Positions 26,865 through 36,450 of a DNA stretch of 46,623 bases are shown piece after piece; positions within the stretch are counted from its first letter, which is position 1, and each line of letters starts with the position of its first letter. The position numbers were made by a program, and so were the translations under genes. Source of the DNA: an uncultured Chitinophaga sp. (GTDB lineage Bacteria > Bacteroidota > Bacteroidia > Chitinophagales > Chitinophagaceae); assembly GCA_964516445.1 (NCBI GenBank), contig CAZEZE010000001.1, forward strand, positions 1 through 46,623, read 5' to 3'. The notes under the pieces were generated by a model, which saw nothing but the letters and a program-made list of their open reading frames with translations, was not told where the DNA came from and searched no databases.

Positions 26865-27540
26865 TTGCCTGTGCCAGTCCTTTTTTTGCCTTTCGGTAAT
26901 CCCTTTCCATAATGATACCCGGTATCAGCCATGCTGCAACCGCAGCAAAAGCGGTCAATACAAGGTCGATCTTTACAGTAGTATATAATGCTGCAAGACA
27001 ACATATCCAGCAGAGCAATCCTCCCCATACCATGGGTTTGAATTTGCAGGCGGTACCGGTTACGAACGTAGGGATCCCATACAATAAAAGGAACAGGGAT
27101 GACACATATTCGGAGAACCTGAAATCGGTCCAGTCCCGCCGGCCTTTCCCCAGTTCCCTGTATTCCCGGATCACGGGGACGAGGTCGGCATAAACTGTAT
27201 TGATGATAAAGATCATCAGGAAAATGCAAATGCCGAAAGCCAGCCAGAGATAATCCATATAGATATCATCATAGGTTTTCACTTTTCTTTTCTTCTTCTC
27301 CTTTATCGTAATAAAAACCTGTGGTATGATGGCCACCAGTGCCAGCAGGTAGATATCAAAGGGCAGCCGGTAGTTAAACTGGATCTCCGACAGCTTAACC
27401 AGCGCGCAAATGGCAACTACGGCTCCCCACATCATGGCCGCCACGCCTGTATCGTGGTACGCATTCTTTGCCTGGTTGATCATTTTTGCGATCAGGTCAA
27501 GGCTGTCTTTTTCGGAGAGGCTTTTTTCAGCTGAATTCAT
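26857..27540 (-). CDS. Six-TM hypothetical membrane protein
   Basis: DSLDLIAKMINQAK...MMWG; paralogous to the next gene. Confidence 0.8.
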   Translation of the reverse strand: MNSAEKSLSEKDSLDLIAKMINQAKNAYHDTGVAAMMWGAVVAICALVKLSEIQFNYRLPFDIYLLALVAIIPQVFITIKEKKKRKVKTYDDIYMDYLWLAFGICIFLMIFIINTVYADLVPVIREYRELGKGRRDWTDFRFSEYVSSLFLLLYGIPTFVTGTACKFKPMVWGGLLCWICCLAALYTTVKIDLVLTAFAAVAAWLIPGIIMERDYRKAKKGLAQANV

Positions 27541-27548
27541 ACGGCAAT

Positions 27549-28136
27549 TTATTCGTTGGAGGAATTATTTTTCCGCCTGAGCAAGTAGGCCGGGAGGATA
27601 TAACTGAACAGGATGGCTGCCGCTGCGAACAACATCTGGTAATCATAGTCCGCCCATACAGCCCCGGCAGCAAGGATCCATGCAATGATCCCGCCAACAA
27701 CAAGTGGCCTGAACCGCAGGATACTGCCGGAAACAAATGTCCCGAGACCATACAGCATGATAAAAAACGGAAACACGGTGGTTCCCCAGCCCAGTTTGGA
27801 AAGGATAATACTCAGTACAAAAAAGGAAACGGCCATGCCGGACCAAAGGTGCTTCATGCTTTCACCGACATAGGTACTGGCCCTTCTTTTTTTCCCCTCC
27901 TTTACACCCTGGTAAATACTGAAGAGTATCCCCACCAGCACGAGGAGCCATACCAGGTAATGTTTTTCATACTGCAGCAGGTTTTTCAGGATGAATTGAC
28001 CCGTGCAGGCGACCAGGGTGATCCATCCCCATACCAGGAAATAGATACTGTTGTCTGACATATCCTGCCGGGTCTTGTGGATCATGGACCTGATCAGCTG
28101 TATACTTTGTTCGGGTGAGAAATGTTCCTCTTGCAT
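27549..28136 (-). CDS. Six-TM hypothetical membrane protein
   Basis: QSIQLIRSMIHKTR...LVWG, LYGLGTFVSG..LRFRPL..GG. Start set to ATG 28136. Confidence 0.8.
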   Translation of the reverse strand: MQEEHFSPEQSIQLIRSMIHKTRQDMSDNSIYFLVWGWITLVACTGQFILKNLLQYEKHYLVWLLVLVGILFSIYQGVKEGKKRRASTYVGESMKHLWSGMAVSFFVLSIILSKLGWGTTVFPFFIMLYGLGTFVSGSILRFRPLVVGGIIAWILAAGAVWADYDYQMLFAAAAILFSYILPAYLLRRKNNSSNE

Positions 28137-28201
28137 GGTTTCCGTTTTAAAAAGTGAATCAGGCGATCCGTTTACTATGGCGGGTGCGCCTGCGGTAGGA
28201 T

Positions 28202-28864
28202 CTATTTCAATTGGGAAAGAAAATAATTCACCTGGCCCCTTCCCCACTGCGGCTCAATACTGCTTCCCGGCCGGCTGGTCATAAAAAGCTCATTCGCTTT
28301 TTCAAATAATTTTTTCGCCTCTTCCTTGCTGCCGCCAAACTGTTCAGGCGTGTAGAATTTATCCTGCCCCTGCAGGATATATACCCTGGGATTGTTTTCG
28401 TTCATCGCTTTTGCCTTTTCCAGCGCTTCCGTCGCTTTGGCGCCATCCGTCATATACCTTGACATGGGGTTGCCCATCATGCGTAGGCTGTAGATCATTT
28501 TTTTAACGCAGAGGATCTCGGAGTTTTCCTGGCCCAGGGCCGTGGCCTTATCAATGAGTTGTTCGGCCTTGTCGGCAAACGGGTCAGAGATCGCGCTGTT
28601 ATCACCCATGCTTCCATCCATTGGCATGGAGGCATAGCCGGTCATCACCTGGGCAAATGCAGCATAATAATAGGGCATCCACATTGTCTTCTCGGCCTCC
28701 CCTATCCTTTCAAAGGCATTGGCCAGGTCCTTCCAGGATTCCGCGTTATTATTGGAGTCCACTTGTGCAACCCTGGGCTCCATCGCCCTGATATATTTTT
28801 CACTTTGGGCACCTGCCGCGATCACCATCAGTGAGGACACGATTGCAAAAACTGTCTTTTTCAT
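28202..28864 (-). CDS. Exported alpha-helical (TPR-like) protein associated with the TonB receptor
   Basis: Signal peptide ending AGA-Q; ANAFERI...WMPYYYAA, NNPRVY, TPEQFGGSK, PQWG. Confidence 0.8.
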   Translation of the reverse strand: MKKTVFAIVSSLMVIAAGAQSEKYIRAMEPRVAQVDSNNNAESWKDLANAFERIGEAEKTMWMPYYYAAFAQVMTGYASMPMDGSMGDNSAISDPFADKAEQLIDKATALGQENSEILCVKKMIYSLRMMGNPMSRYMTDGAKATEALEKAKAMNENNPRVYILQGQDKFYTPEQFGGSKEEAKKLFEKANELFMTSRPGSSIEPQWGRGQVNYFLSQLK

Positions 28865-28889
28865 TTTTTTCGATTTTATTTTTAAAAAT

Positions 28890-31145
28890 TTATAATCCGT
28901 TATTGATGATCTCATCCGACCGGTCAACACCGAAACTGATAAAGGCGCCGATGAAAATAAACATCCGGGAGGTTGGCACGATCGCCTCTTTCCGGTAGCC
29001 ATTGTAGGAATACTGGTAGCCATAGGTCTGTTTCAGGTTGAAAATATTACTGATCTGCAGCACATACACTCCGTAGGATTTTGGTTTTTCCTTCCCGATA
29101 AAGGGCAGGTAGTTGATGGCGAAGCTGATATTATGATAGGAAGGTATGGTGCCCCTGTCGGTAAATTTATACTGCGCCCCGTCGAGCCGGATATTGTAAT
29201 AAGGTCTTCCGCTGGAAAAATTGTAAGCCGCGTTCAGGTTCATTTTCCATTGTTGGACAAATTTCTTGGTTACAACTGAAGCCGTGTGCTTCGCGGCGAA
29301 ATTGGGAGTGATGGCATAGGGGAAGTTCAGGAAATCCCTTTTTGTATCGAGGAAGGAATACGATATCCAGTAATCAAAGTTCTTGATCGTTTTCTTATCT
29401 CTCCAGAACAGTTCAATTCCTTTCGCATCGCCAAACCCGTTATTGCTGACAGCAGCTTCTGTAAAACCCGTCATACCCGTTTTCACCAGTCCCTTGTATT
29501 TTTTATAAAAGGCTTCCAGCCGGAGCGACTGCTGGTTCAGTACTTTCTGGTATTGCACGATATAATGTGCCGCTTTCATAAAATCCAGTGCATTCGGAGA
29601 GGGCAGGTATTTTCTTTCCGGGTTCTGGTAAAAGATACCATAAGCAACGGAAGCCTGGCTGCCCTTACCCAGTTTATATGCCACAGAAGCCCGGGGAGCG
29701 ATATTGACCTTGTCCAGCAGCGAGGAATGTTCAAAACGCAGACCGGCCTTTACCGCCAGGTCATTTGTTGCATACACATCGCCTTCAGCAAAGACGGATT
29801 GGATGTTTTCTTCCAGTTCTGAATGATAACGCTGACCATCAAAAGCTGTATATACAACCTTGTCCCTGCTGTAATTATATTCCGCGCCAAAACGAATGGC
29901 GCTCAGGCCTTTCAATTTTTTCTCCGCGACGGTCTTGGCATTGAAATAATTTCCCCTGTTATCCAGTTCAAAGTCCTTGAACTCCATCCCGGTAAGCATC
30001 ACGTCTTTTTTATCTTCGTCCTGCAGCGAAGACAATATCTCATCCTTATTATTGGCGTAGGAAGCGCCGATACTGATCTTCCATCTTTTCGGGAGATTTT
30101 CCCTCCACGACAGGTTATGGTAATGGTTCCTGTTGCTGATCGCAAAATTATCCAGGTAACCCAGCGTATCAATGCTCGGAACCGTAAAAGCCAGCCGGTT
30201 GCTGCTGAAGTATCCATAGTATTTCAGCATACCCGTCTTGGAAGTTTTAATGCGGAAATTGCCATCCAGGTTATGATATACGGGTATCTTGGAAAAATCC
30301 TGGCGTTGTTTGATCAGGGCAAAGGCGAGTCGAAGATCGGTATAGCCGTAATTGATTCCCCAGGAAGAGGTTTTCTTCTTTGAAAGTTGCTGGAAACCGG
30401 CATTCCCACCAATAACGGTGATACCAAGATTGGCGGAAGATTGTTCCGGCAGGTCAATGGATTCCAGGATCAGCGCTGATGAAAGAGCCTGCCCGTAAAG
30501 AGCAGAGTAACCGCCGGTGCTAAAAACAGTTCCTTTAAAAATAAAAGGTGAAAAGCGGCTGAATTGCGCGATATTAGGTACACTGCTGTAAAAGAAATTA
30601 TTGACCAGGGTTCCATCGATAAAGGTTTTGGTTTCGGCAGCCGTTCCGCCGCGTACATAAAGACCTTCACTCTCTCCCACCTGCTGGGTGCCGGGTAAAG
30701 TTTTCAGCGCCCCGGTGATATCACCGTTGGCACTGGCGGTGGTCACGATATCGATAGGGTCCAGAACGGCAGCTGCCCGCTTCCGGTCACTGGCTTCAAA
30801 GGAGCCGGCCGAAAGAACAACCGCTGTTAATTCAGTCACTTCCGGTTTTATTGTCATGTCTACCGTAAGTACCCCCGATTCCAGTTGAACGGGTTGTTCA
30901 ACTGTCGCATAACCGATGCTGGAGATCACCAGCAGTTGCCTGCCTTTTTCAGTTGTTTTGAAACTGTACCGGCCGGTTGAATCGGAGGTGGCTCCGTCAT
31001 AGCTGTCCCTGATGGCAATACTCACACCCCGGACAGGGTTGTTCTTATTATCACGGATAATGCCTTTTATCGTCACCTGAGCAGTAGCCTGCATCAAAAA
31101 TCCTGTAATGGATACTACTACTGCGATGACTTTCATTTGCTTCAT
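28890..31145 (-). CDS. TonB-dependent receptor with N-terminal carboxypeptidase-regulatory-like domain
   Basis: Signal peptide; plug motifs LKTLPG, LYVRGG, FIDG, GGYSALYG; beta-barrel strands (GLRFEH, PRAS, GIEL). Confidence 0.9.
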   Translation of the reverse strand: MKQMKVIAVVVSITGFLMQATAQVTIKGIIRDNKNNPVRGVSIAIRDSYDGATSDSTGRYSFKTTEKGRQLLVISSIGYATVEQPVQLESGVLTVDMTIKPEVTELTAVVLSAGSFEASDRKRAAAVLDPIDIVTTASANGDITGALKTLPGTQQVGESEGLYVRGGTAAETKTFIDGTLVNNFFYSSVPNIAQFSRFSPFIFKGTVFSTGGYSALYGQALSSALILESIDLPEQSSANLGITVIGGNAGFQQLSKKKTSSWGINYGYTDLRLAFALIKQRQDFSKIPVYHNLDGNFRIKTSKTGMLKYYGYFSSNRLAFTVPSIDTLGYLDNFAISNRNHYHNLSWRENLPKRWKISIGASYANNKDEILSSLQDEDKKDVMLTGMEFKDFELDNRGNYFNAKTVAEKKLKGLSAIRFGAEYNYSRDKVVYTAFDGQRYHSELEENIQSVFAEGDVYATNDLAVKAGLRFEHSSLLDKVNIAPRASVAYKLGKGSQASVAYGIFYQNPERKYLPSPNALDFMKAAHYIVQYQKVLNQQSLRLEAFYKKYKGLVKTGMTGFTEAAVSNNGFGDAKGIELFWRDKKTIKNFDYWISYSFLDTKRDFLNFPYAITPNFAAKHTASVVTKKFVQQWKMNLNAAYNFSSGRPYYNIRLDGAQYKFTDRGTIPSYHNISFAINYLPFIGKEKPKSYGVYVLQISNIFNLKQTYGYQYSYNGYRKEAIVPTSRMFIFIGAFISFGVDRSDEIINNGL

Positions 31146-31164
31146 AAAAAGTAAGTTGGAGGCA

Positions 31165-31196
31165 CAAACATAAAGTAGTTTACATTATAAACCAAA
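31165..31196 (-). promoter_or_regulatory. Sigma-A promoter (TTTG-N20-TATGTTTG) with an inverted repeat in the spacer
   Basis: -7 at 31165-31172, -33 at 31193-31196, GTTTA-CATTA-TAAAC at 31178-31192. Confidence 0.7.
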
Positions 31197-31204
31197 TTTT
31201 CATA

Positions 31205-31239
31205 AAAATAAAACCGCCCCGGTTTAGCCAGGGCGGTTT
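31205..31239 (-). terminator. Intrinsic terminator
   Basis: AAACCGCCC...GGGCGGTTT hairpin with a U-rich tail on the minus strand. Confidence 0.8.
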
Positions 31240-31258
31240 AAGCAGTGAGTGTTGTATC

Positions 31259-32578
31259 TTATTGTTTTACAATCTTTTGTTGAGCAATTACCCCTTCACA
31301 ACTTACCCTTACAAAATACAAACCAGGTGCAAGTGTACTAGTGTTAAGGGTTTCCGTTTGACCACTGCTACCGGCCTGTGATCTCTTTACAGACTGACCA
31401 TTTACTGTGAACAGTTCGTAAACAACCGGCTTATTCTGCCAGGCGGCCGGTATAGTAATACGAAGTTCATTGCTTACCGGGTTGGGGTAAGTGAGGATAG
31501 TGATAGCGTTGTCTTTTTGCTTACTGATCCTGATGATCCGGGTGGCGGAGTATTCTGCTTTACCATCCATGTCAACCGAACGGAGCCTGTAATAAACCAC
31601 GTTAGCTGTTGTATTCAGGAGATTATCAGAAAAATGATAATCGGTCTTATCCGTTGCATTGCCATAAGCGAACATAATACCTGCTTCCTGGAAGTTGGTG
31701 CCATCCAGGCTTTTTTCAATTACGAAATGACTGACATTGATCTCCGAAGCGGTGGTCCATTTGAGGTCAGCTTTGTTGTTGTTCAGTGTGGCTGTAAAAG
31801 AGGCAAGTTTAACAGGAAGCGTGTTCATGGGTGCGGAATACGTAAAATTCTTGAACCATACAGAATACATCCTGTTCGCGTTTCCGGTAGAGCCAGTGGT
31901 GGTGGCGCCAAAACGCAGGGTTATAATATTAGTGTTCAGGTAACGATGGGTGGTCATGAGTTCTGTTGCCGATGTATCAATACCCGCATAATCCGTCAAC
32001 GTGCCGAGGAACTGCTGACCCGGGAGATTGAACTGGGTTAGGCTACCGGTCACGGAAGATATAGTTAACAACGAATTACTCTCCACTGTATAGGAAGAAC
32101 TCCCGTAAAAAGAATCCCATTCCCGCAGGGTGCTGTTATTGCCGTCGATATCCAGCCCGGTCATATAGGCTTCAGAAATGTTTGCTGGGGTTGTTGTATT
32201 CTTATTGACAAATTGAATTTCAAACTCAGCCCACCAGGTAATGGCACCGTTAACAGTTCCGTTACCGTACCGGATCTGGGGCTGGAAAGCCTTGTTAAAT
32301 CCCTGGCTGGTGATATCGATATTTGAGATGGTAACGGACGCCGAAGAACGACCATTGATCTTCACAAGTGCATCCATGGTGGAGTTCACATCCGGGAAAC
32401 GGTATACCGCACCGTTTGCACCGGCCGTACCTGAGAATAAAGTGCTGTTCTCAAATTTCAGTTCAGGCGCGGTTTGCGCCTGGGATTGTGCCAGTACACT
32501 GCAAGCTGAAAAGGAGATCAGCAACACCAGTTTCAGGCAGCTTTGCTTAAAGCGTACAATTGTTTTCATCGTTTTCAT
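31259..32578 (-). CDS. T9SS type A cargo with an N-terminal domain of unknown function
   Basis: Signal peptide; LPVKLASF pre-CTD domain; CTD TYPNPV...GLYFVRV...KIVKQ. Confidence 0.88.
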   Translation of the reverse strand: MKTMKTIVRFKQSCLKLVLLISFSACSVLAQSQAQTAPELKFENSTLFSGTAGANGAVYRFPDVNSTMDALVKINGRSSASVTISNIDITSQGFNKAFQPQIRYGNGTVNGAITWWAEFEIQFVNKNTTTPANISEAYMTGLDIDGNNSTLREWDSFYGSSSYTVESNSLLTISSVTGSLTQFNLPGQQFLGTLTDYAGIDTSATELMTTHRYLNTNIITLRFGATTTGSTGNANRMYSVWFKNFTYSAPMNTLPVKLASFTATLNNNKADLKWTTASEINVSHFVIEKSLDGTNFQEAGIMFAYGNATDKTDYHFSDNLLNTTANVVYYRLRSVDMDGKAEYSATRIIRISKQKDNAITILTYPNPVSNELRITIPAAWQNKPVVYELFTVNGQSVKRSQAGSSGQTETLNTSTLAPGLYFVRVSCEGVIAQQKIVKQ

Positions 32579-32743
32579 GTTAGTGGTACGGGTAAAAGGG
32601 ATTAATTGCTGAATGAAACCCCGAACTCAATGAAAACCGACTGATAGTTGGTGAAACAGACCGGGAAGTATTATCCCTTAGTGAGAGTAGTTTGTTTCAT
32701 GGTCGGATTACGTTGCTTTCGTAGGATTCGTTCGATTCTAAGA

Positions 32744-32751
32744 CAAACATA
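32744..32751 (-). promoter_or_regulatory. -7 promoter element implying a ~160-nt leader
   Basis: TATGTTTG; palindrome TACTTGCAAGTA at 32766-32777 overlaps the -33 region. Confidence 0.5.
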
Positions 32752-33021
32752 ATACTTGGGTTTTTTACTTGCAAGTATTTAGCGAAGTTTTTCTCGGCAA
32801 TTACCGTATTTTCTGTAGTATAATTACGATGGGTGTTGATTTTCAATGCCCTTGCTTTTAAATATTGCTAAAGTATTGGTGGTTCTACGATGAACTTTTT
32901 GTAAAACATACCTCGGAAGATTGAAAAAATCCTTTTGATTTATTAAACGGGGGGAGTAAACAAACATTACCGGATACCTGGAACTGTGTCCCGGTGTTAT
33001 GAAATTATTTTACGCTAATTC

Positions 33022-36000
33022 TTATCTGACCAGCACCCATGCCGCCCATTTATAGGGCTCCTTCCTGTACCTGGTTTTCATCTCTGTTTGCGCATGGTAG
33101 AAAGAGTCGCTGATCGTTTTTCCTGAAAACAGGTTCTTATAAAACTCCTGCATAAATTCCGCTGTCTCCGAATCCGGTACTTTCCACAGGCTCATGACGA
33201 GGTTTTCCACCCCGGCCATCTTAAAGGCCCTTTGCAAACCATACACCCCTTCACTGCCCTGTATATCTCCCAGCCCGGTTTCGCAGGCCGATAGAACCGC
33301 CAGTTTGGTGTTGGGTAAATACATATTGGAAACTTCATACGCAGTAAGGATCCCGTCTTCAATTCCTTTTACAGGTTTTCCTTTCCAGGCATTATTGGCT
33401 CCGGCAAGGGCCAGGCCGGAGCGGATGAGGGGATTGTCAGATTGTTTGAATACGACAGAACCATCAGGCCTCTGCGCCTTTTTATTGCCTCTCGGATCAG
33501 GAAAGAAAAATCCATGTGTAGCTATATGTAATATGAATGGTGAGTTTTTTCCCGAAAGGGATTTAAAGGCCTCTTCTGTTGCATTGATTCCCGTGACGCT
33601 CGCAATCGGAAAACCCTTTGATTTCCCGAAATTTTCTATGGTCAGCGCTTCCCTTTCAGTACCGACCAGGTACATGAATTCAGGAACTCCATCCCGTTGA
33701 AGATCATCCGGAAGCGAGCGGCCGGCTATATCATTCGGGTAATTTTTCAGGGCTGTGCCTGAAAGGCTGGCAGAATCCGCATCATACTGCACTCCTCCGA
33801 ATACATGAACCTTGTCTCCTGCCGAAATCCAATAATCCATCGGGTTCAGTAAAGAGGCTGTGGTTCTAAGCTGCACCAGTTTATACGTATCGCTTAAAAC
33901 TTCACCGTTCCCCGTTGGCAATCCACCAAAGGCAATTTTGTAAAGATCGCCTGCGGGGGCAAAGTATACTGTTTTTATACCCGCAAGCTTACTTTCCAGC
34001 GGTTTCCAGATTTTATCATACAGGATGCCGGGTGTACCGGTATTTTTTCCGCCAGTATAGATCAGGTTGAGCTGCTGTTGCCCGGCACTGGTTGTTTTAT
34101 AAGCGAGTATACTATCCAGCTGACGTTGTTCAAACAATTTGACAAGTTCCGGTTCCTGTTTGTCTTTTCTTAATACCAGGGCAATATAATAAGTGCTGTC
34201 GGTCCAGTGTTTGCCATTGAAATACTGAAAAGTTGAGAATTCAATGGCCGCTTCAGCAGGTTTCAGTGATTGCCGGATATTCACCCATGAAACATTCTGC
34301 TCCTCCTGCTCTTTCCTGAAACTGGCAGAAACCCGGGAAAGTTCTTTTTCAAGACCATCTGCCCTTTCTTCCAAGATACTATCCTGCCTGTTTCTTTCGT
34401 TCACCGGTTTCACCAGCCAGAAAGCCAATTGCTTTTTTGTCTCCACCCAGTCATTGTACCTGTTGAAAATAGCGGTGTCGGATGTATTAAAAATTGACTG
34501 GCGAAGCCGGTGAGCAGCAGCAAGCAACTGGTTGCGGTTGGCAAGAATGACATCCCAGGCAAATCCTGTCCGGCCAGGTTTTTCATTCCCGAAGATGTAA
34601 GACAGGTATTTGAGGGTATAGGCCTGGATACTTTTTAAATACGTTTCCTTTTCTTTCTCTGAAGTAAAGCTGAATATTCTTTTCCCGACAGCTACCTGAG
34701 TTTGGTAGGTTTCTTCAAAGAAAGCCAGCGCTCTTTCATCCTGCATTTGCCGGTACAGGTTGGCCAGTTCACTGCTCCCAACTGCATAATCAGGGTGTTC
34801 TTTTCCCAGCACCTTTTCCCGTATTTGCTGCGCTTCCAGATACAGTGGCTCCGCTATTGTGAATTGACCGGTTTCCCTGAACAAATTAGCCAGGTTAGCG
34901 CAACTGGTCGCGTAATCGGGGTCTTCTTTCCCAAAACTTTTTTCCCAGATCTGTTTGGCTTCTGTGTAAAGCGGCTTTGCCTTTTCATACCTGCCGGTTA
35001 AAAAATAAAGCAGGGCAAGGTTTTGGCAGCCTATTGCATACTCCTGGTGTTCTTTCCCAACCGTTTTCTCCCAGATTTGTTTGGCTTCCAGGTAAAGTGG
35101 TTCTGCTTTTGCATACTCATCCTGGTCGATGAAAATATTGGCGAGGTTACTACAGGACCTCGCATACTCAATATTTTCTTTTCCCAATACCTTTTCCTGA
35201 GCCAGCATCGCTTCCCGGTAAAGCGGCTCTGCACGGGCATACTGTCCCATATCCCTGTAATAATTGCCCAGGTTATTGCAACAGGTTGCATACTGCGGGT
35301 GTTCCTTTCCCAATGTATTGCCCAGCGTCTGCTTTGCCAGCAAATACAGCGGCTCGGCTTTTTCATAGGCTCCCATTGACATATATAAAGTCGCAAGATT
35401 CATGCTGTTCAGCGCAAACTCCGGATGATCCCTGCCATAAATTTTTTCCCGCACCCGCCTTACTTCTACGTACAGTTGTTCCGCTTTTGTAAACTTTCCT
35501 GTATTTCGGTAGAGTACCCCAAGATTATTACAGCTACCCGCATAGTCTGCATGATCTTTCCCAAAAACATATGCCCGTACCCTGATAGCCTCCAGGAAAA
35601 GAGGCTCTGCTTTTTCCAATTCCCCGGTGGCCAGGTACAATAAGCCAAGATTATTACAGGTGCCTCCATAATCTGCGTGATCCTTTCCCACTGCTTTTTC
35701 CCGTATATGCAATGCCTCCCGTAAAAGCGGTTCTCCCTTTTCATACTGACCGGTTACATAATAAAGTGTTCCGGTATTGTGGCAGCTTTGCGCATAAAGC
35801 GGGTGTTCTTTCCCCAGTACTTCTTCCCGGATCTTTTTTGCTTCCAGGTATAGCGGCTCCGCTTTATCAAACTTCCGGTTGGAATAATAAAATGCGCCAA
35901 GACTGTTACAGGAGGCTGCAAACAAAACATGCGACCTGCCGTACAGGTTCTCCCGGACCTGCTTTGCCCTGAGGTAATATTTTTCCGCTTCCTCCTGCTG

Positions 36001-36237
36001 CCGGTTCGAAAAAAAGGCGGCGGCCAGGTTATCACAGATCAGCGCGTATGTTTCCGTGGAAACAGAATCTTTTTCCAGCGCTGTTTTTGAATGGGTGTAA
36101 TATTCAATGGCCTTGATAGTATTTTTTTGCCCCTGGAAAATAAGGGCACTGTCTGCATATTCCTTCCAAAGCTGGCAGTGGGCTTCTACCCCCGCCAGCA
36201 ACAACAATGGGATAATTCCTTTTTGAAGCATTGACAT
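33022..36237 (-). CDS. TPR-repeat CHAT (caspase-like, clan CD) protease with signal peptide
   Basis: About eleven 42-aa repeats (NL..LY...G.Y.KAEPLY.EA..I.EK..GKEHP); HIATHGFF and LSACETG dyad; SLWKVPD, WAAW. Start uncertain (36243/36237/36231). Confidence 0.9.
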   Translation of the reverse strand: MSMLQKGIIPLLLLAGVEAHCQLWKEYADSALIFQGQKNTIKAIEYYTHSKTALEKDSVSTETYALICDNLAAAFFSNRQQEEAEKYYLRAKQVRENLYGRSHVLFAASCNSLGAFYYSNRKFDKAEPLYLEAKKIREEVLGKEHPLYAQSCHNTGTLYYVTGQYEKGEPLLREALHIREKAVGKDHADYGGTCNNLGLLYLATGELEKAEPLFLEAIRVRAYVFGKDHADYAGSCNNLGVLYRNTGKFTKAEQLYVEVRRVREKIYGRDHPEFALNSMNLATLYMSMGAYEKAEPLYLLAKQTLGNTLGKEHPQYATCCNNLGNYYRDMGQYARAEPLYREAMLAQEKVLGKENIEYARSCSNLANIFIDQDEYAKAEPLYLEAKQIWEKTVGKEHQEYAIGCQNLALLYFLTGRYEKAKPLYTEAKQIWEKSFGKEDPDYATSCANLANLFRETGQFTIAEPLYLEAQQIREKVLGKEHPDYAVGSSELANLYRQMQDERALAFFEETYQTQVAVGKRIFSFTSEKEKETYLKSIQAYTLKYLSYIFGNEKPGRTGFAWDVILANRNQLLAAAHRLRQSIFNTSDTAIFNRYNDWVETKKQLAFWLVKPVNERNRQDSILEERADGLEKELSRVSASFRKEQEEQNVSWVNIRQSLKPAEAAIEFSTFQYFNGKHWTDSTYYIALVLRKDKQEPELVKLFEQRQLDSILAYKTTSAGQQQLNLIYTGGKNTGTPGILYDKIWKPLESKLAGIKTVYFAPAGDLYKIAFGGLPTGNGEVLSDTYKLVQLRTTASLLNPMDYWISAGDKVHVFGGVQYDADSASLSGTALKNYPNDIAGRSLPDDLQRDGVPEFMYLVGTEREALTIENFGKSKGFPIASVTGINATEEAFKSLSGKNSPFILHIATHGFFFPDPRGNKKAQRPDGSVVFKQSDNPLIRSGLALAGANNAWKGKPVKGIEDGILTAYEVSNMYLPNTKLAVLSACETGLGDIQGSEGVYGLQRAFKMAGVENLVMSLWKVPDSETAEFMQEFYKNLFSGKTISDSFYHAQTEMKTRYRKEPYKWAAWVLVR

Positions 36238-36398
36238 ATCCAACCCGATTTATGGTTAACAATAAGGCCAAACGAAGGCTTACTAACATCAATCAGATCT
36301 TAACTGTAAAGGGGTTTACCGGGTGCAGGAACTAACGGTGACGGATGGTCAGAACTATTAAATTAATGTATTTAATGAAGAAACAATAAGGAATCATG

Positions 36399-36428
36399 AA
36401 AAAGAAAAGGGCGGCCAAGCGGCCGCCC
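36399..36428 (-). terminator. Intrinsic terminator after atpA
   Basis: GGGCGGCC-AAGC-GGCCGCCC followed by UUUUCUUUUU on the minus strand. Confidence 0.85.
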
Positions 36429-36450
36429 CCGTGAAAGCGATTTTTCTTTA

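Noticed and set aside
34700-36050. 126-bp periodicity resembling a repeat array
   Set aside because: Explained by the 42-aa TPR repeats; no identical repeats with unique spacers, so not CRISPR.
33022-36237. TPR-CHAT as part of a Craspase or gasdermin defence locus
   Set aside because: No cas, gasdermin or other effector gene nearby, and the protein appears to be exported.
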